NCBI GenBank assembly: GCA_965205525.1 | Contig: OZ242171.1 | Coordinates: forward strand, 518,289 to 582,288 | Direction: 5' to 3' | DNA length: 64,000 bases | Source: Gammaproteobacteria bacterium | GTDB taxonomy: Bacteria; Pseudomonadota; Gammaproteobacteria; JABABF01 | Part shown: positions 53,625-64,000 of the stretch, one piece after another | Position numbering within the stretch: position 1 is the first letter of the stretch | How the letters are laid out: the number at the start of each line of letters is the position of its first letter | Translations under genes and position numbers: made by a program | Notes under the pieces: generated by a model | Told to the model about the DNA's origin: nothing | Databases searched by the model: none | What the model saw: only the letters and a program-made list of their open reading frames with translations

Positions 53625-54550
53625 GTACGCTGGTCATCGCAGAGCACGACAACCTTTCCCTGAAGGATGCGAGCCGTTGCACCGTGGCCGCCGCCCGCCA
53701 GCTGGACGGCCCGGTGAGCGTGCTGGTGGCGGGTGAAAACTGCGCGGATGCCGCCCGCGCCGCCGCCGCTTTAGAGGGTGTAGACAAGGTGCTGGTCTGC
53801 GATGCTCCCGCCTGTGCCCATCAGCTGGCAGAGAATATCGCCGCCTTGGTGGCGCGCCTTGCCGACGGCTGCACGCATCTTCTCGCCCCCGCCACTACCA
53901 CCGGCAAAAACTTAATGCCGAGAGTGGCGGCGCTTTTGGATGTAGCTTCGGTCTCCGATGTGATCGCCATAGAGGGAGCGGACACTTTCAAGCGGCCGAT
54001 TTATGCCGGCAACATCATTGCCACCGTGCAGTCTGCCGACCCGGTGAAAGTGCTGACGGTGCGCACCACCGCCTTTGATGCCGTGCCCGACGGCGGCGAT
54101 GCAGCCCCCATAGAGGAGGTGCCGCCCCCTGAGGACAGCGGCCTGTCCGCCTTTGTAGAAGAGGCGATGTCCGAGTCCGAGCGCCCTGAGCTGACCGAGG
54201 CCAGGGTGATCATCTCCGGCGGGCGCGGTATGGGCAGCGGCGAAAACTTCAAGCTGCTGGAGACGGTAGCCGACAAGCTGGGGGCGGCCATCGGCGCTTC
54301 CCGGGCCGCCGTGGACGCAGGCTTTGTACCCAACGATATGCAGGTGGGGCAGACCGGAAAGATAGTCGCTCCAGAACTTTACATCGCGGTGGGTATTTCC
54401 GGCGCCATTCAGCATTTGGCGGGCATGAAAGACAGCCGCGTCATCGTGGCGATTAACAAAGACGAGGAGGCGCCTATCTTTCAGGTGGCTGACTACGGTT
54501 TGGTGGCAGACCTCTTTGAAGCCGTGCCGGAACTGGAAAAACTTTTATAA
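53621..54550 (+). CDS. etfA: electron transfer flavoprotein alpha subunit
   Basis: ATGA overlap with etfB; [10 protein letters not shown]-terminus, FAD-binding C-domain ([21 protein letters not shown]). Confidence 0.92.
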   Translation: MSTLVIAEHDNLSLKDASRCTVAAARQLDGPVSVLVAGENCADAARAAAALEGVDKVLVCDAPACAHQLAENIAALVARLADGCTHLLAPATTTGKNLMPRVAALLDVASVSDVIAIEGADTFKRPIYAGNIIATVQSADPVKVLTVRTTAFDAVPDGGDAAPIEEVPPPEDSGLSAFVEEAMSESERPELTEARVIISGGRGMGSGENFKLLETVADKLGAAIGASRAAVDAGFVPNDMQVGQTGKIVAPELYIAVGISGAIQHLAGMKDSRVIVAINKDEEAPIFQVADYGLVADLFEAVPELEKLL

Positions 54551-54578
54551 AGACCTGTCGGTATAAACCTGCTCTGCC

Positions 54579-55082
54579 TCAGTGTTTTCGGAATAGAGGC
54601 TTGGGATCATCCACTGAGCCCTGATAGCTGACATGAAAATCTTCAAAGTGCGCCAGAGATTCTTCTAGTTTTTCCTGGTTTTCCAGCAGGAAGGCATCAA
54701 AGCCGCAGCGTTTCAGATAGAACAGCTGGTCCCGGATAAATGCGCCGACCGCCCGCAGCTCCCCTTTAAAGCCGTAACGCTCCCGCAGCAGCCGCCCGGT
54801 GGAAAAGCCGCGCCCGTCGGTCAGGGCGGGGAAGTCCACGGCGATCAGCGGCAGCCGGGCGCAGTCGTCTTGAAGGGCATCTGCGCTTTCATCGCTGGCC
54901 AGGAGCACCCCGATCTCGCCCCGCTTCAGCCACTCTGAGCGACGCTCCTGCCACAGCGTCAGAGGCACGATGATCGCCCCCGGCGGAATCTTCGGAGGAT
55001 CTCCCTCCCGGCTCTCTGCCCACTGCCAGCTATCCTCGCAGATGCGGGCAACACCCTCTTGCAGTTTAATCAGCCGCGGCAT
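54579..55082 (-). CDS. DUF934-family protein (sulfite-reductase-associated)
   Basis: About 167 aa, overlaps the 3' end of the sulfite reductase gene, a typical CysI-DUF934 pairing; start taken at MPRLIKLQ. Confidence 0.6.
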   Translation of the reverse strand: MPRLIKLQEGVARICEDSWQWAESREGDPPKIPPGAIIVPLTLWQERRSEWLKRGEIGVLLASDESADALQDDCARLPLIAVDFPALTDGRGFSTGRLLRERYGFKGELRAVGAFIRDQLFYLKRCGFDAFLLENQEKLEESLAHFEDFHVSYQGSVDDPKPLFRKH

Positions 55083-56736
55083 AGGCGCGCTCGCGGAATG
55101 CCTCAATGCCGATGCGCCGGCAGGTGTCTAAAAAGCTTTCATCCTCGCTGCGCTGTTCTGCGTACACTTGCAGAATTTTTTCCACCACGGCGGGGATTTC
55201 CTCTTGGGGGAAGGAGGGGCCGAGTATGGTGCCGAGGGTTGCCTCATGTCGTCGGCCGGCGTTGCCGCCGATGGACACCTGGTAGCACTCCCGCCCCTTC
55301 TTGTCCACTCCGAGAATGCCGATATGCCCCACGTGGTGATGACCGCAGGCATTCATGCAGCCGGAGATGTTGAGGTTGATATCTCCCAAGTCGTGCAGGT
55401 AGTCCAAGTCTTCAAACTTGCGCTGCAGGGCCTCCGCCACCGGTATTGACTTGGCGTTAGCCAGGGAGCAGTAATCTCCCCCCGGGCAGCAGATGATATC
55501 GTTCAGGGTGCCGATGTTCGGTGTTGCCAGGCCGTCTCGTCGCAGCGCCTGCCACAGGGCGTGGAGTTTGTCCCGGGGCACATCCGCCAGCACCAGGTTC
55601 TGCTCGTGCGTGGTGCGCGCCTCGCCGCCGGAAAAGGTATCTGCCAAGTCTGCCACCCGCTCCATCTCCGTGTCGCTGATATCCCCGGGCGGCATTCCCG
55701 TGCGCTTGAGAGACAGGGACACGATGGCGTAGCCCGGCTCCCGGTGGGCTTCTGCGTTGCGTTTCAGCCAGCGGTCAAAGTCCGGCTCCCGGAGTCGCTG
55801 GCGGGCAATGCTCAAGGCGACGGCTTTTACATCCACCGGCGGGTAATCCCGTGGGGTGAAATCCTTCTGCACCCGCTCAATCTCTTCTCTGGTCAGGGTG
55901 CCCGGCCCGTCTTTTGTATGCGCCCAGTCCTCTTCTACCAGGCGGGCAAATTCCTCGGTGCCGAGGGCTTTCACCAAGATCTTGATGCGCGCCTTGTAGC
56001 GATTGTCCCGCCGCCCCAGCAGGTTGTAGACCCTGAGTATGGATTCTAAATAGATGAGCAGATGCTGCTCCGGCAGGAAATCACGGATCACCCGGCCGAT
56101 GGCCGGGGTGCGCCCGAGACCGCCGCCGACCAGCACCCGAAAACCGATGGTGCCATCTTTCCCGCGCTGCATCTGCAGACCGATGTCGTGCACCGCCGCC
56201 GCCGCCCGATCGTCCCGAGAGGCGCTCACAGCGATCTTGAACTTGCGCGGCAGGAATGCGAACTCCGGGTGAAAGCAGGCCCATTGGCGGATGATCTCGC
56301 ACCAGGGACGCGGGTCTTCTATTTCGTCTGGCGCCGCTCCTGCGAATTGGTCGGTGGTGATGTTGCGAATGCAGTTGCCGCTGGTCTGAATGGCGTGCAT
56401 CTGCACAGCGGCGAGCCGCTCCAAAATGTCCGGCACCTCTTCCAGCGTAGGCCAGTTGAATTGAATGTTCTGCCGTGTGCTGATGTGCCCGTAGCCTTTG
56501 TCGTAGTCCCGGGCGATGGCGGCCAGCGCCCGCAGCTGGACCGAGGACAGCATGCCGTAGGGGATGGACACCCTGAGCATCGGTGCCAGGCGCTGAATGT
56601 ACAGCCCGTTCTGCAGGCGCAGAGGCAGAAACTCGGCATCGCTCATCTCGCCGGCCTGGTACCTCTGCACCTGGCCGCGGAATTGCCGCACCCGCTCGTC
56701 CACCAGCTGCTGGTCGTGCTGACTGTAACGGTACAT
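55066..56736 (-). CDS. assimilatory sulfite reductase hemoprotein (NirA/Sir ferredoxin-type, CysI family)
   Basis: 556 aa, duplicated nitrite/sulfite reductase ferredoxin-like domains, siroheme/4Fe-4S Cys motifs (CPGGDYCSLANAK, CMNACGHHHVGHIGILG). Confidence 0.88.
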   Translation of the reverse strand: MYRYSQHDQQLVDERVRQFRGQVQRYQAGEMSDAEFLPLRLQNGLYIQRLAPMLRVSIPYGMLSSVQLRALAAIARDYDKGYGHISTRQNIQFNWPTLEEVPDILERLAAVQMHAIQTSGNCIRNITTDQFAGAAPDEIEDPRPWCEIIRQWACFHPEFAFLPRKFKIAVSASRDDRAAAAVHDIGLQMQRGKDGTIGFRVLVGGGLGRTPAIGRVIRDFLPEQHLLIYLESILRVYNLLGRRDNRYKARIKILVKALGTEEFARLVEEDWAHTKDGPGTLTREEIERVQKDFTPRDYPPVDVKAVALSIARQRLREPDFDRWLKRNAEAHREPGYAIVSLSLKRTGMPPGDISDTEMERVADLADTFSGGEARTTHEQNLVLADVPRDKLHALWQALRRDGLATPNIGTLNDIICCPGGDYCSLANAKSIPVAEALQRKFEDLDYLHDLGDINLNISGCMNACGHHHVGHIGILGVDKKGRECYQVSIGGNAGRRHEATLGTILGPSFPQEEIPAVVEKILQVYAEQRSEDESFLDTCRRIGIEAFRERAYAAAD

Positions 56737-56873
56737 GATGGTTCGTGCTTTGGCCTGGGTCCATCACGGAGGGGGATGCCCGGGTGTCCTCGGCGACATG
56801 CAGCGGAAGCGGACATGTCCGGAATGGAGGAAGCCTATAATAGCATGAGCCTTCAGCGGCGGTCTTTTTAATT

Positions 56874-56999
56874 ATGGAACATTCACAAAATCCGAATCCC
56901 GAAGATAACGGCGAAAACAGCGGCGCCGATGCCTTGGCGGCGGTCGCCCTGGTGCTCATCGCCACGGCGACGGCGGTGTACTGGATCAGCGGTCTGTAA
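56874..56999 (+). CDS. possible 41-aa small membrane protein
   Basis: ATG ORF MEHSQNPNPEDNGENSGADALAAVALVLIATATAVYWISGL with a single predicted C-terminal TM helix, TATAAT-like hexamer upstream; below the ORF-track cutoff; no homology recognised. Confidence 0.25.
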   Translation: MEHSQNPNPEDNGENSGADALAAVALVLIATATAVYWISGL

Positions 57000-57028
57000 A
57001 CATTTCCCTGCCCGGGCGCGGGGCACCC

Positions 57029-57241
57029 TCAGACTGCCGTATACCGCAGCACGAGTTTTACCAGCATCAGCAGGCCAAAAACAAACACACTGGCAAATAG
57101 AATGCCCGCCAGCACATAGGCGAGCCAGCTTCCCTGGCTGAAATCCCGTTCCCGATTGCGGCTGCTCTGCACACCGAAGGCGGCGGCCAGCACACTGCCG
57201 ACGATCGCGCCCCAGCCCGGCTTCTTGTCTTTTTTCTTCAT
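57029..57241 (-). CDS. DUF2970-type small membrane protein
   Basis: [34 protein letters not shown]... about 70 aa; its ATG overlaps the metH stop (ATGA). Confidence 0.55.
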   Translation of the reverse strand: MKKKDKKPGWGAIVGSVLAAAFGVQSSRNRERDFSQGSWLAYVLAGILFASVFVFGLLMLVKLVLRYTAV

Positions 57242-60200
57242 TGCTTTTCTTCTCGGTAGGCTAGGTTCGGCCGCAGCCATTTTTCCGCCTCTTCCAGGCT
57301 TATCCCCTTGCGCGCCGCCAGCGCCTTCACCTGGTCGCGGCCGATTTTCCCCACCGCGAAATAGCGTGACTCCGGGTGGGCGAAATAAAGACCGCTCACC
57401 GAGGCGGCGGGTGTCATCGCCAAGCTTTCGGTGAGGGCCATCCCAGCGTTTTTCTCCGCGTCCAGCAGGTGGAACAGGGTGTTCTTTTCCGTGTGGTCGG
57501 GGCAGGCGGGATAGCCCGGTGCCGGTCGTATGCCCCGGTAGCGCTCCCGCATCAGGGCCTCGTTGTCCAACTGCTCCTGCGGACTGTAGCCCCAGAATTC
57601 GCGCCGCACCCGCAGGTGCAGGTGCTCGGCAAAGGACTCCGCCAGCCGGTCCGCCAGGGCCTTCACTATGATGGCGCTGTAATCGTCTTTGTCGGACTGC
57701 AGCTTTGCCGCCGCCTCTTCAGCGCCGATGCCGGCGGTGACGGCAAAAGCGCCGATGTAGTCTGCCACGCCGCTCTCTGCCGGTGCAATGAAATCCGCCA
57801 GGGAGTACTGGGGTGCATCTGCCGCCCCGGGGGTCTGCCGGCGCAGCTGGTGCAGGGTGGCGGCGATTTCTTGCCGGCTCTCGTCCCGGTACACGGCGAT
57901 GTCTTCGTCGCCGACCCGGGCCGCCGGCCACAGACCGAAAACGCCGTTTGCCTGCAGCTGCCTCCCCTTCACGATTTCTTTCAGCATCCGCTTTGCATCC
58001 GCAAAAAGGCTGCGGGCCGCCTCGCCGTACTTCTCGTCTTTGAGAACCGCCGGATACCTGCCCCGGATCTCCCAGGCGGAGAAAAAGGGCGACCAGTCTA
58101 TGGTCGGGAGTAATTTCTCCAGCGGGTAGTTCGCCAGGGTTTTCACCCCGAGAAATTTCGGCACCGGCGGGGAAGCGGTTTCCCAGTCGGTCTGAAAGGC
58201 GCGCCGCCGGGCTTCCGCTAGGGGCAGGATCTTGTCCGCTGTTCCCCGCTGCTCGTGGCGGCGGCGAATTTTTTTGTACTCCTCCCGCACTTCCCGCACA
58301 CGGCTCTCCCGCTGTTCCAAGCTTGCCAGGCCGCTGGCCACAGTCACCGCCCGGGAGGCATCCGGCACATAGATCGTCGGGCCGCCGCTGTAGCGGGGCT
58401 CTATTTTCACCGCGGTGTGCGCCTTGGAGGTGGTCGCTCCGCCGATCAGCAGGGGGATAGAGAGCCCCCGGCGCTCCATCTCCCCCGCCACCGCCACCAT
58501 TTCATCCAGGGAAGGGGTGATCAGCCCGCTGAGGCCTACGAGGTCCGCTTCGCATTCCCGGGCAGTGTCTAAGATTTTGTCCCGGGGCACCATCACGCCG
58601 AGGTCAATCACCTCAAAGCGGTTGCATTCAAGCACTATGCCGACAATATTCTTGCCGATGTCGTGCACGTCCCCCTTCACCGTGGCCAGCACCACCCGGC
58701 CCCGGCCACTGCCGCCGCTGCCTTTTTCCGCCTCCAGAAAGGGCGTGAGATAGGCGACCGCACGTTTCATTACCCGTGCGCTCTTCACCACTTGGGGCAG
58801 GAACATCTTGCCGCTGCCGAACAGATCGCCGACGATATTCATGCCGTCCATCAGGGGACCTTCAATCACCCGAATGGGCGCTTTCAGCTCCTTCAGCGCC
58901 GCCGCCGTATCCTCCTCAATCCAGGCGTCCAGCCCCTTTACCAGGGCATGCTGCAGGCGCTTTGCCACCGGCTCCTCCCGCCAGGCCGCATTCGCCGCAG
59001 TGTCGTCATCCCTTGCGCTTTCCTCCCCGGCATAGCGGGGGGCAATTTCCAGCAGGCGCTCGGTGGCATCCGGGCGGCGGTTCAGGACCACGTCCTCCAC
59101 CCGCTCTTTCAGCTCCGCCGGGATTTCGTCGTAGGGCACCAGCTGGCCGGCATTGACGATGCCCATATCCATGCCTGCCTGCACCGCGTGGTACAGGAAT
59201 ACGGCATGAATGGCCTCTCGCAGCGGATTGTTGCCGCGAAAGGCGAAGGAGACATTGCTGACCCCCCCGGACACCAGGGCCCGGGGCAGCTGCTCCTTGA
59301 TGCCCCTGCAGGCGGCCAGGAAGTCCGTCGCATAGGCGTTGTGCTCTTCAATGCCGGTGGCTACCGCGAAGATGTTGGGATCAAAAATGATGTCCTCCGG
59401 CTGAAAGCCGGCCTTCTCCAGCAGCAGATCGTAGCTGCGCCGGCACACCGCGATGCGTTTGTCCAGTGTGTCTGCCTGTCCTTTCTCGTCAAAGGCCATC
59501 ACCACCACTGCCGCCCCATAGCGGCGGCACAGCTGCGCCTGGCGCAGGAAAGCCTCCTCGCCCTCCTTGAGGCTGATGGAATTAACCACGCATTTCCCCT
59601 GTGCGCACCGCAGGCCTGCCTCAATGACATTCCAGCGGGAGGAATCCACCATGATGGGGACCCGGCTGATATCCGGCTCCGCCGCCAGCAGATCCAAAAA
59701 CCGCTGCATGGCCTGCTCTGAGTCCAGCATGCCTTCGTCCATATTGATATCAATCAGCTGGCAGCCTGCCTCCACCTGCTGCCGCGCCACCTCCAGAGCG
59801 GTCTCGTAGTCTCCCTCCCGCACCAGGCGGGCAAAGCGCGCCGAGCCGGTGACATTGGTGCGCTCTCCTATGTTCACGAACAGGGAGTCTTCCCCGATGG
59901 TGACTGGCTCCAAGCCGCTGAGTCGGCAGGCCGGCGGCTTTTCAGGCGGTCTGCGGGGCGGGTGGGGTGCGATTGCCTCGGCTGCCGCTGCGATGTGCTC
60001 CGGCGTGGTGCCGCAGCAGCCCCCCACCAGATTAACCAGGCCCTCTTCAGCGAATTCCCCGAGCAGGGCGGCGGTTTTCTCCGGCGTTTCATCGTAGCCG
60101 CCGAAGGCATTGGGCAGCCCTGCATTGGGGTGGATGCTCACAGGCACCTCCGCTGCCGCTGCCAGCGCCCCGATGTGCGGGCGCAGCTGCTCGCCCCCGA

Positions 60201-60954
60201 GAGAGCAGTTGAGCCCCACCGCCAGGGGCTCGGCGTGGGCGACCGAGTGCCAGAACGCCTCCACCGTCTGCCCCGACAGCGTGCGCCCGCTGGCATCGGT
60301 GATGGTGCCGGAGATGATCAGCGGCAGGGGGTGCCCTAGCTGCTGGGCGCATTCCTGAACAGCGAAGATGGCTGCCTTGGCATTCAGCGTGTCAAAGATG
60401 GTTTCAATCATCAGCACGTCGGCGCCTCCCTCCACCAGGGCGAGGGCGGCCTCGCAATAGACGGGCACCAGGTCGGCAAAGCGGATGTTGCGCTGCCCCG
60501 CATCCTCCACATCCGGAGACAGGCTCGCCATGCGATTGGTAGGCCCCAGCACACCGACCGCATAGCGGGGGCGGTGCGGGGTTTGCGCCGTGAATTCATC
60601 CGCCGCCCGCCGCGCCAAGGCAGCCCCTTCCCGGTTTATCTCTGCCGTAACTTCCTGCAGCTGATAGTCGGACTGGGAGATGGCATTGGCGTTGAAGGTG
60701 TTCGTGCAGATCAGGTCTGCGCCGGCCTCCAGATAGGCTCGATGAATATCCAGCACCAGCTGCGGGCGGGTCAGGACCAGCAGGTCGTTGTTGCCCTGCA
60801 GGTCCACCGGATGCTTCCGAAAGCGCTCGCCGCGGAAATCCTTCTCCTGCAAGCCGTGTTTCTGGATCATGGTGCCCATGGCGCCGTCTAACAGCAGAAT
60901 CCGCTCTTCAAGGGCGGCCCGCAGCGCGGTTTCGGCGGCGGCGGGATTGTTCAT
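57238..60954 (-). CDS. metH: cobalamin-dependent methionine synthase
   Basis: 1238 aa; Hcy-binding, pterin-binding, B12-binding ([10 protein letters not shown]) and AdoMet-activation domains. Confidence 0.95.
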   Translation of the reverse strand: MNNPAAAETALRAALEERILLLDGAMGTMIQKHGLQEKDFRGERFRKHPVDLQGNNDLLVLTRPQLVLDIHRAYLEAGADLICTNTFNANAISQSDYQLQEVTAEINREGAALARRAADEFTAQTPHRPRYAVGVLGPTNRMASLSPDVEDAGQRNIRFADLVPVYCEAALALVEGGADVLMIETIFDTLNAKAAIFAVQECAQQLGHPLPLIISGTITDASGRTLSGQTVEAFWHSVAHAEPLAVGLNCSLGGEQLRPHIGALAAAAEVPVSIHPNAGLPNAFGGYDETPEKTAALLGEFAEEGLVNLVGGCCGTTPEHIAAAAEAIAPHPPRRPPEKPPACRLSGLEPVTIGEDSLFVNIGERTNVTGSARFARLVREGDYETALEVARQQVEAGCQLIDINMDEGMLDSEQAMQRFLDLLAAEPDISRVPIMVDSSRWNVIEAGLRCAQGKCVVNSISLKEGEEAFLRQAQLCRRYGAAVVVMAFDEKGQADTLDKRIAVCRRSYDLLLEKAGFQPEDIIFDPNIFAVATGIEEHNAYATDFLAACRGIKEQLPRALVSGGVSNVSFAFRGNNPLREAIHAVFLYHAVQAGMDMGIVNAGQLVPYDEIPAELKERVEDVVLNRRPDATERLLEIAPRYAGEESARDDDTAANAAWREEPVAKRLQHALVKGLDAWIEEDTAAALKELKAPIRVIEGPLMDGMNIVGDLFGSGKMFLPQVVKSARVMKRAVAYLTPFLEAEKGSGGSGRGRVVLATVKGDVHDIGKNIVGIVLECNRFEVIDLGVMVPRDKILDTARECEADLVGLSGLITPSLDEMVAVAGEMERRGLSIPLLIGGATTSKAHTAVKIEPRYSGGPTIYVPDASRAVTVASGLASLEQRESRVREVREEYKKIRRRHEQRGTADKILPLAEARRRAFQTDWETASPPVPKFLGVKTLANYPLEKLLPTIDWSPFFSAWEIRGRYPAVLKDEKYGEAARSLFADAKRMLKEIVKGRQLQANGVFGLWPAARVGDEDIAVYRDESRQEIAATLHQLRRQTPGAADAPQYSLADFIAPAESGVADYIGAFAVTAGIGAEEAAAKLQSDKDDYSAIIVKALADRLAESFAEHLHLRVRREFWGYSPQEQLDNEALMRERYRGIRPAPGYPACPDHTEKNTLFHLLDAEKNAGMALTESLAMTPAASVSGLYFAHPESRYFAVGKIGRDQVKALAARKGISLEEAEKWLRPNLAYREEKQ

Positions 60955-61064
60955 GAGAGTCGGCGGCTGGAAGAGGGGCAGTGTCCGGGGCGTATTTTGC
61001 CCTGTGCGGCAGCGGGAGTGCTTTGCCTTACAATGAAGGACCCTTCTTTAGGGAGTAGTCGGCC

Positions 61065-61646
61065 ATGATTACCATCACCGAAGCAGCCCAGCAATACCTC
61101 ACCGAACTCCTCGTCAATCAGGAGGAGGATATTGTCGGGATTCGCATGTTCGTGGAGATGCCGGGCACGCCGAAAGCGGAGACCTGCATCGCCTACTGTC
61201 GTAAACAGGACTGCACAGAGAAGGACGAAAAAGCCGAGTTTGAGGGTTTCACCGCCTGGTTTGACCACCGCAGCCTGCCCTTCTTGGCGGAGGCGGAGGT
61301 AGACTATGCCAAAGACCAGATGGGGGGACAGCTCACCATCAAGGCGCCCAATGCCAAGGTGCCCAAGGTGGACGAGGACAGCCCCTTGGAAGATCGGGTC
61401 AATTACATTCTCTACAACGAGATCAATCCCGCCTTGGCCTCCCACGGCGGCGAGGTCTCCCTGGTGGAGATCGCCCCAGAGGACATCGCCATCCTGCGTT
61501 TCGGCGGCGGCTGTCAGGGCTGCGGCATGGTGGACCTTACCCTGAAGGACGGGGTTGAGAAAACCTTGATGGAAAAGCTGCCGCAGCTGAAAGAGGTGCG
61601 GGACGTAACCGACCACTCCGATCGCAGCGGCGCCTACTATAGCTAG
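61065..61646 (+). CDS. nfuA: Fe-S cluster biogenesis protein NfuA
   Basis: A-type N-domain plus Nfu C-domain with CxxC (GGGCQGCGM), 193 aa. Confidence 0.9.
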   Translation: MITITEAAQQYLTELLVNQEEDIVGIRMFVEMPGTPKAETCIAYCRKQDCTEKDEKAEFEGFTAWFDHRSLPFLAEAEVDYAKDQMGGQLTIKAPNAKVPKVDEDSPLEDRVNYILYNEINPALASHGGEVSLVEIAPEDIAILRFGGGCQGCGMVDLTLKDGVEKTLMEKLPQLKEVRDVTDHSDRSGAYYS

Positions 61647-61654
61647 AACGCGAC

Positions 61655-62815
61655 TCAGCGGGAGGCGGCCACTGCCAGCTGCGGACGCTCCATCCGCTCC
61701 GGCAGCACTTCCCGGAGCCGCCTGCGCATGTCCCGCAGTGATTGCTCCGTGGTTTCCCAGTCCATGCAGGCATCGGTGACGGAAACCCCGTAGCGCAGCT
61801 CAGAAAGATCTTCGGGGATGGATTGATTCCCCGCATTGAGGTTGCTCTCCAGCATCACGCCGACAATAGAGCGGTTGCCCTCCAAGAGCTGGGTGCCGAC
61901 GTTTTTCAGCACTAGGGGCTGCAGCCGGTAGTCCTTTTCCGAGTTGGAATGGCTGCAATCCACGACGATGTTAGGGCGGGTTTTTATGGCCGCCAGCTTC
62001 TGCTCGCACAGCTGGATGTGCACTGAATCGTAGTTCGGCCCCTGGCTGCCCCCCCGCAGCACGATGTGGGCGTGGGGGTTGCCCCGGGTGCAGATAACCG
62101 TCACCTTGCCCTCCTGATTGACACCCAGAAAACGGTGCGGGCGGCTCACCGACTGCAGGGCGTTGATGGCCACATCAAAGCTGCCGTCTGTGCCGTTCTT
62201 GAAACCCACGGGGGAGGAGAGACCGCTGGCCATTTCCCGGTGGGTCTGCGATTCAGTGGTGCGCGCGCCGATGGCGGACCAGGCAATCAAATCCTGCAGG
62301 TACTGGGGCAGGATCGGGTCCAGGGCTTCGGTGGCGGCGGGCAGGCCCATTTCGGCCAGGTCCAGAAGCAGCCTGCGGGCGATTGCCAGCCCTTCTTCCA
62401 CGTGGAAGGAATCGTCTAGGCGGGGGTCATTGATCAGCCCTTTCCAGCCCACTGTGGTGCGCGGTTTTTCAAAATAGGTGCGCATCACCAGAAACAGGGT
62501 GTCCTTCACCTCTTCGGACAGGGCTTGCAGGCGCTTGGCGTATTCTCGGGCCTGTTCTGCGTCGTGGATGGAGCAGGGCCCCACCACGACGAACATCCGG
62601 TGATCCTTCCGCTCCAGAATGCGGCACAGGGTTTCACGGCTTTCTTGCACGGTCCGCAGCGCTTTCTTCCCCAAAGGAATCTGTCGCCACAGCTCCGCCG
62701 GCGAGGGCAGTGCCCTCTGCCCGGTAACATTGAGGTCGCGAACAAGCCCCGGGTCCAATCCCGGCGGCAGATCCGAAGGGCTGCCCGACTGCTTTGTCAT
62801 GGCTTTTGCCGACAC
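61655..62815 (-). CDS. 3-deoxy-7-phosphoheptulonate (DAHP) synthase, class I (AroG/F/H type)
   Basis: VVVGPCSIHD, KPRT, GNPHAHIVLRGG motifs; about 386 aa with a longer N-terminus than E. coli AroG. Confidence 0.9.
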   Translation of the reverse strand: MSAKAMTKQSGSPSDLPPGLDPGLVRDLNVTGQRALPSPAELWRQIPLGKKALRTVQESRETLCRILERKDHRMFVVVGPCSIHDAEQAREYAKRLQALSEEVKDTLFLVMRTYFEKPRTTVGWKGLINDPRLDDSFHVEEGLAIARRLLLDLAEMGLPAATEALDPILPQYLQDLIAWSAIGARTTESQTHREMASGLSSPVGFKNGTDGSFDVAINALQSVSRPHRFLGVNQEGKVTVICTRGNPHAHIVLRGGSQGPNYDSVHIQLCEQKLAAIKTRPNIVVDCSHSNSEKDYRLQPLVLKNVGTQLLEGNRSIVGVMLESNLNAGNQSIPEDLSELRYGVSVTDACMDWETTEQSLRDMRRRLREVLPERMERPQLAVAASR

Positions 62816-63106
62816 TTTTGAGTAAAAGGGGTGGGTATTCTAATAGATATCTAGGATTTTCAGCAACAGGCGATTGCAAGGCTGCCCTCGGGATCGGTCC
62901 TGCTGATAAACTGCGGCTCACTTGCTGCAGACATACGCCGACCCCTCTCCCTTGTATAAGCCGCGCTCTCGCCTGCTGCGGTGCCGCCTTTGAGGGCGCG
63001 CTTCATCGTTTGCGCCTCAGGCTATACTTTTGAAATATCCGCTGACTGGGAGCCGTCTGTGCAACTGGCCACCCGACAAGGTGTCGGGTTGCGGCAACAG
63101 AGAATT

Positions 63107-64000
63107 ATGCTGTTTGATATTGCCCCACTGAAAGAAGCGCTGGAGCAGGGCGACACCGTGCTGACGCCCAATCGCCGCCTGGCCTCCGCTGTACGGGAGT
63201 CCTGGGGGCTCTCCCGCAGACAGGCGGGGCATGGCGCCTGGCGGGTGCCGCCGGTGCATGCCCTGGATGACTGGCTCGCCATGCAATGGCGGGAGCTGGT
63301 GTTCAGCGGCAGCAAAGATGCCTGTGCCAGGCGTCTTCTGAGCGAAGCGGAGGAGCACTGGGTCTGGGAAAGAATTATCCAAGACAGCCGGCAGGGCCAT
63401 CTGCTGCGCTCCGGGGAGGCCGCCCGCCAGGGGGCCAAGGCATGGCATACCTTCCTGCATTGGCAGTGCGGCGAAGCGGAAAAGGAGCGGTTTCGCGGCA
63501 TTGATGACTGCGAGGCATTCTTGGAATGGAGTGCGGCTTTTTCCCGGGAGTGCAATAAAAAGGGCTGGTTCAGCGTCGCTGACAGAGACCTCAAGCTGCA
63601 TACCGCTTTTCGCGATGGCCTCCTGTCCATCCTCCCCCGCCTGGTGCTGCTCAACTTCAAAGAAGAGACCCTGTCGCCCCTGCAGCGGGCCCTGCTGGAG
63701 GCTGCGGCAACGGAGCTGCAGCGGGTGCAGCCCGTGTCTAAGGCAGGGGGGAGTGCCTTCCGGCTGGCCTGCGAAGATGCCGATACCGAGCTCTATGCCG
63801 CTGCCCGCTGGGCGCATGCGCTGCTGGTCCGGGATGCGGCGGCGACAGTGGGTGTGGTGGTGCCGAATCTCACCGCCCGGCGCCGGCGGGTGGAGCGCAT
63901 CTTTTTGGAGGTTTTTGACCCGGGCGCACTGCTGCCCGACTCTTCTGAGGAGGGTGCCCCCTTTAATATTTCAGCCGGAGAGCCCCTGGCCAGGGCCCCG
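63107..64000 (+). CDS. PD-(D/E)XK-nuclease/inactivated-helicase family protein (AddB-like probable DNA repair protein, TIGR03623-like), 3'-truncated at window edge
   Basis: ORF open to the window end, not in the ORF track because it has no stop; N-terminus ...GDTVLTPNRRLASAVRE... matches the characteristic TPNRRLA start of this family. Confidence 0.6.
   Translation, partial: MLFDIAPLKEALEQGDTVLTPNRRLASAVRESWGLSRRQAGHGAWRVPPVHALDDWLAMQWRELVFSGSKDACARRLLSEAEEHWVWERIIQDSRQGHLLRSGEAARQGAKAWHTFLHWQCGEAEKERFRGIDDCEAFLEWSAAFSRECNKKGWFSVADRDLKLHTAFRDGLLSILPRLVLLNFKEETLSPLQRALLEAAATELQRVQPVSKAGGSAFRLACEDADTELYAAARWAHALLVRDAAATVGVVVPNLTARRRRVERIFLEVFDPGALLPDSSEEGAPFNISAGEPLARAP

Overview
High-GC (~62%) chromosomal segment, most likely from a gammaproteobacterium, and almost entirely core housekeeping genes. 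On the + strand: sucA (5'-truncated)-sucB-lpdA, a YqaA/DedA-like membrane protein, sucCD, gpsA, an alpha/beta hydrolase, a GST and aroC translationally coupled to an MFS transporter; folE lies on the - strand. A complete type II secretion operon gspCDEFGHIJKLMN sits on the - strand at 16682-28535. Continuing on the + strand: tig-clpP-clpX-lon-hupB-ppiD, a serA-like dehydrogenase, a DUF1285 protein, ETF-ubiquinone oxidoreductase (- strand), hflKC-DUF2065-hisZ-purA, tRNA-Leu(CAG) (- strand), pepP-ubiH-ubiI, fbpAB, etfBA, a sulfite-reductase hemoprotein with DUF934 (- strand), metH with a coupled DUF2970 gene (- strand), nfuA, a class-I DAHP synthase (- strand) and a 3'-truncated AddB-like PD-(D/E)XK nuclease gene. 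The clearly non-ordinary part is the distal end of the T2SS operon. Nine nucleotides after gspN, in the same orientation, is a ~1.45 kb patch of only ~35% GC. It encodes a 432-aa protein with fucosyltransferase-superfamily motifs (NodZ/FUT8/GT11-like). The gene is bracketed by an imperfect ~60-bp direct repeat of its own stop-9nt-ATG junction and 5' end. It is followed by a 405-aa lipoprotein with an acidic linker after the lipobox. Other points: a minor pseudopilin GspH carrying an in-frame (GAG)n poly-Glu insertion; a decayed island remnant at tRNA-Leu (DUF262 N-terminal fragment plus IS5-family transposase C-terminal fragment); AT-richer patches; small unannotated ORFs. No CRISPR array and no rRNA were seen.
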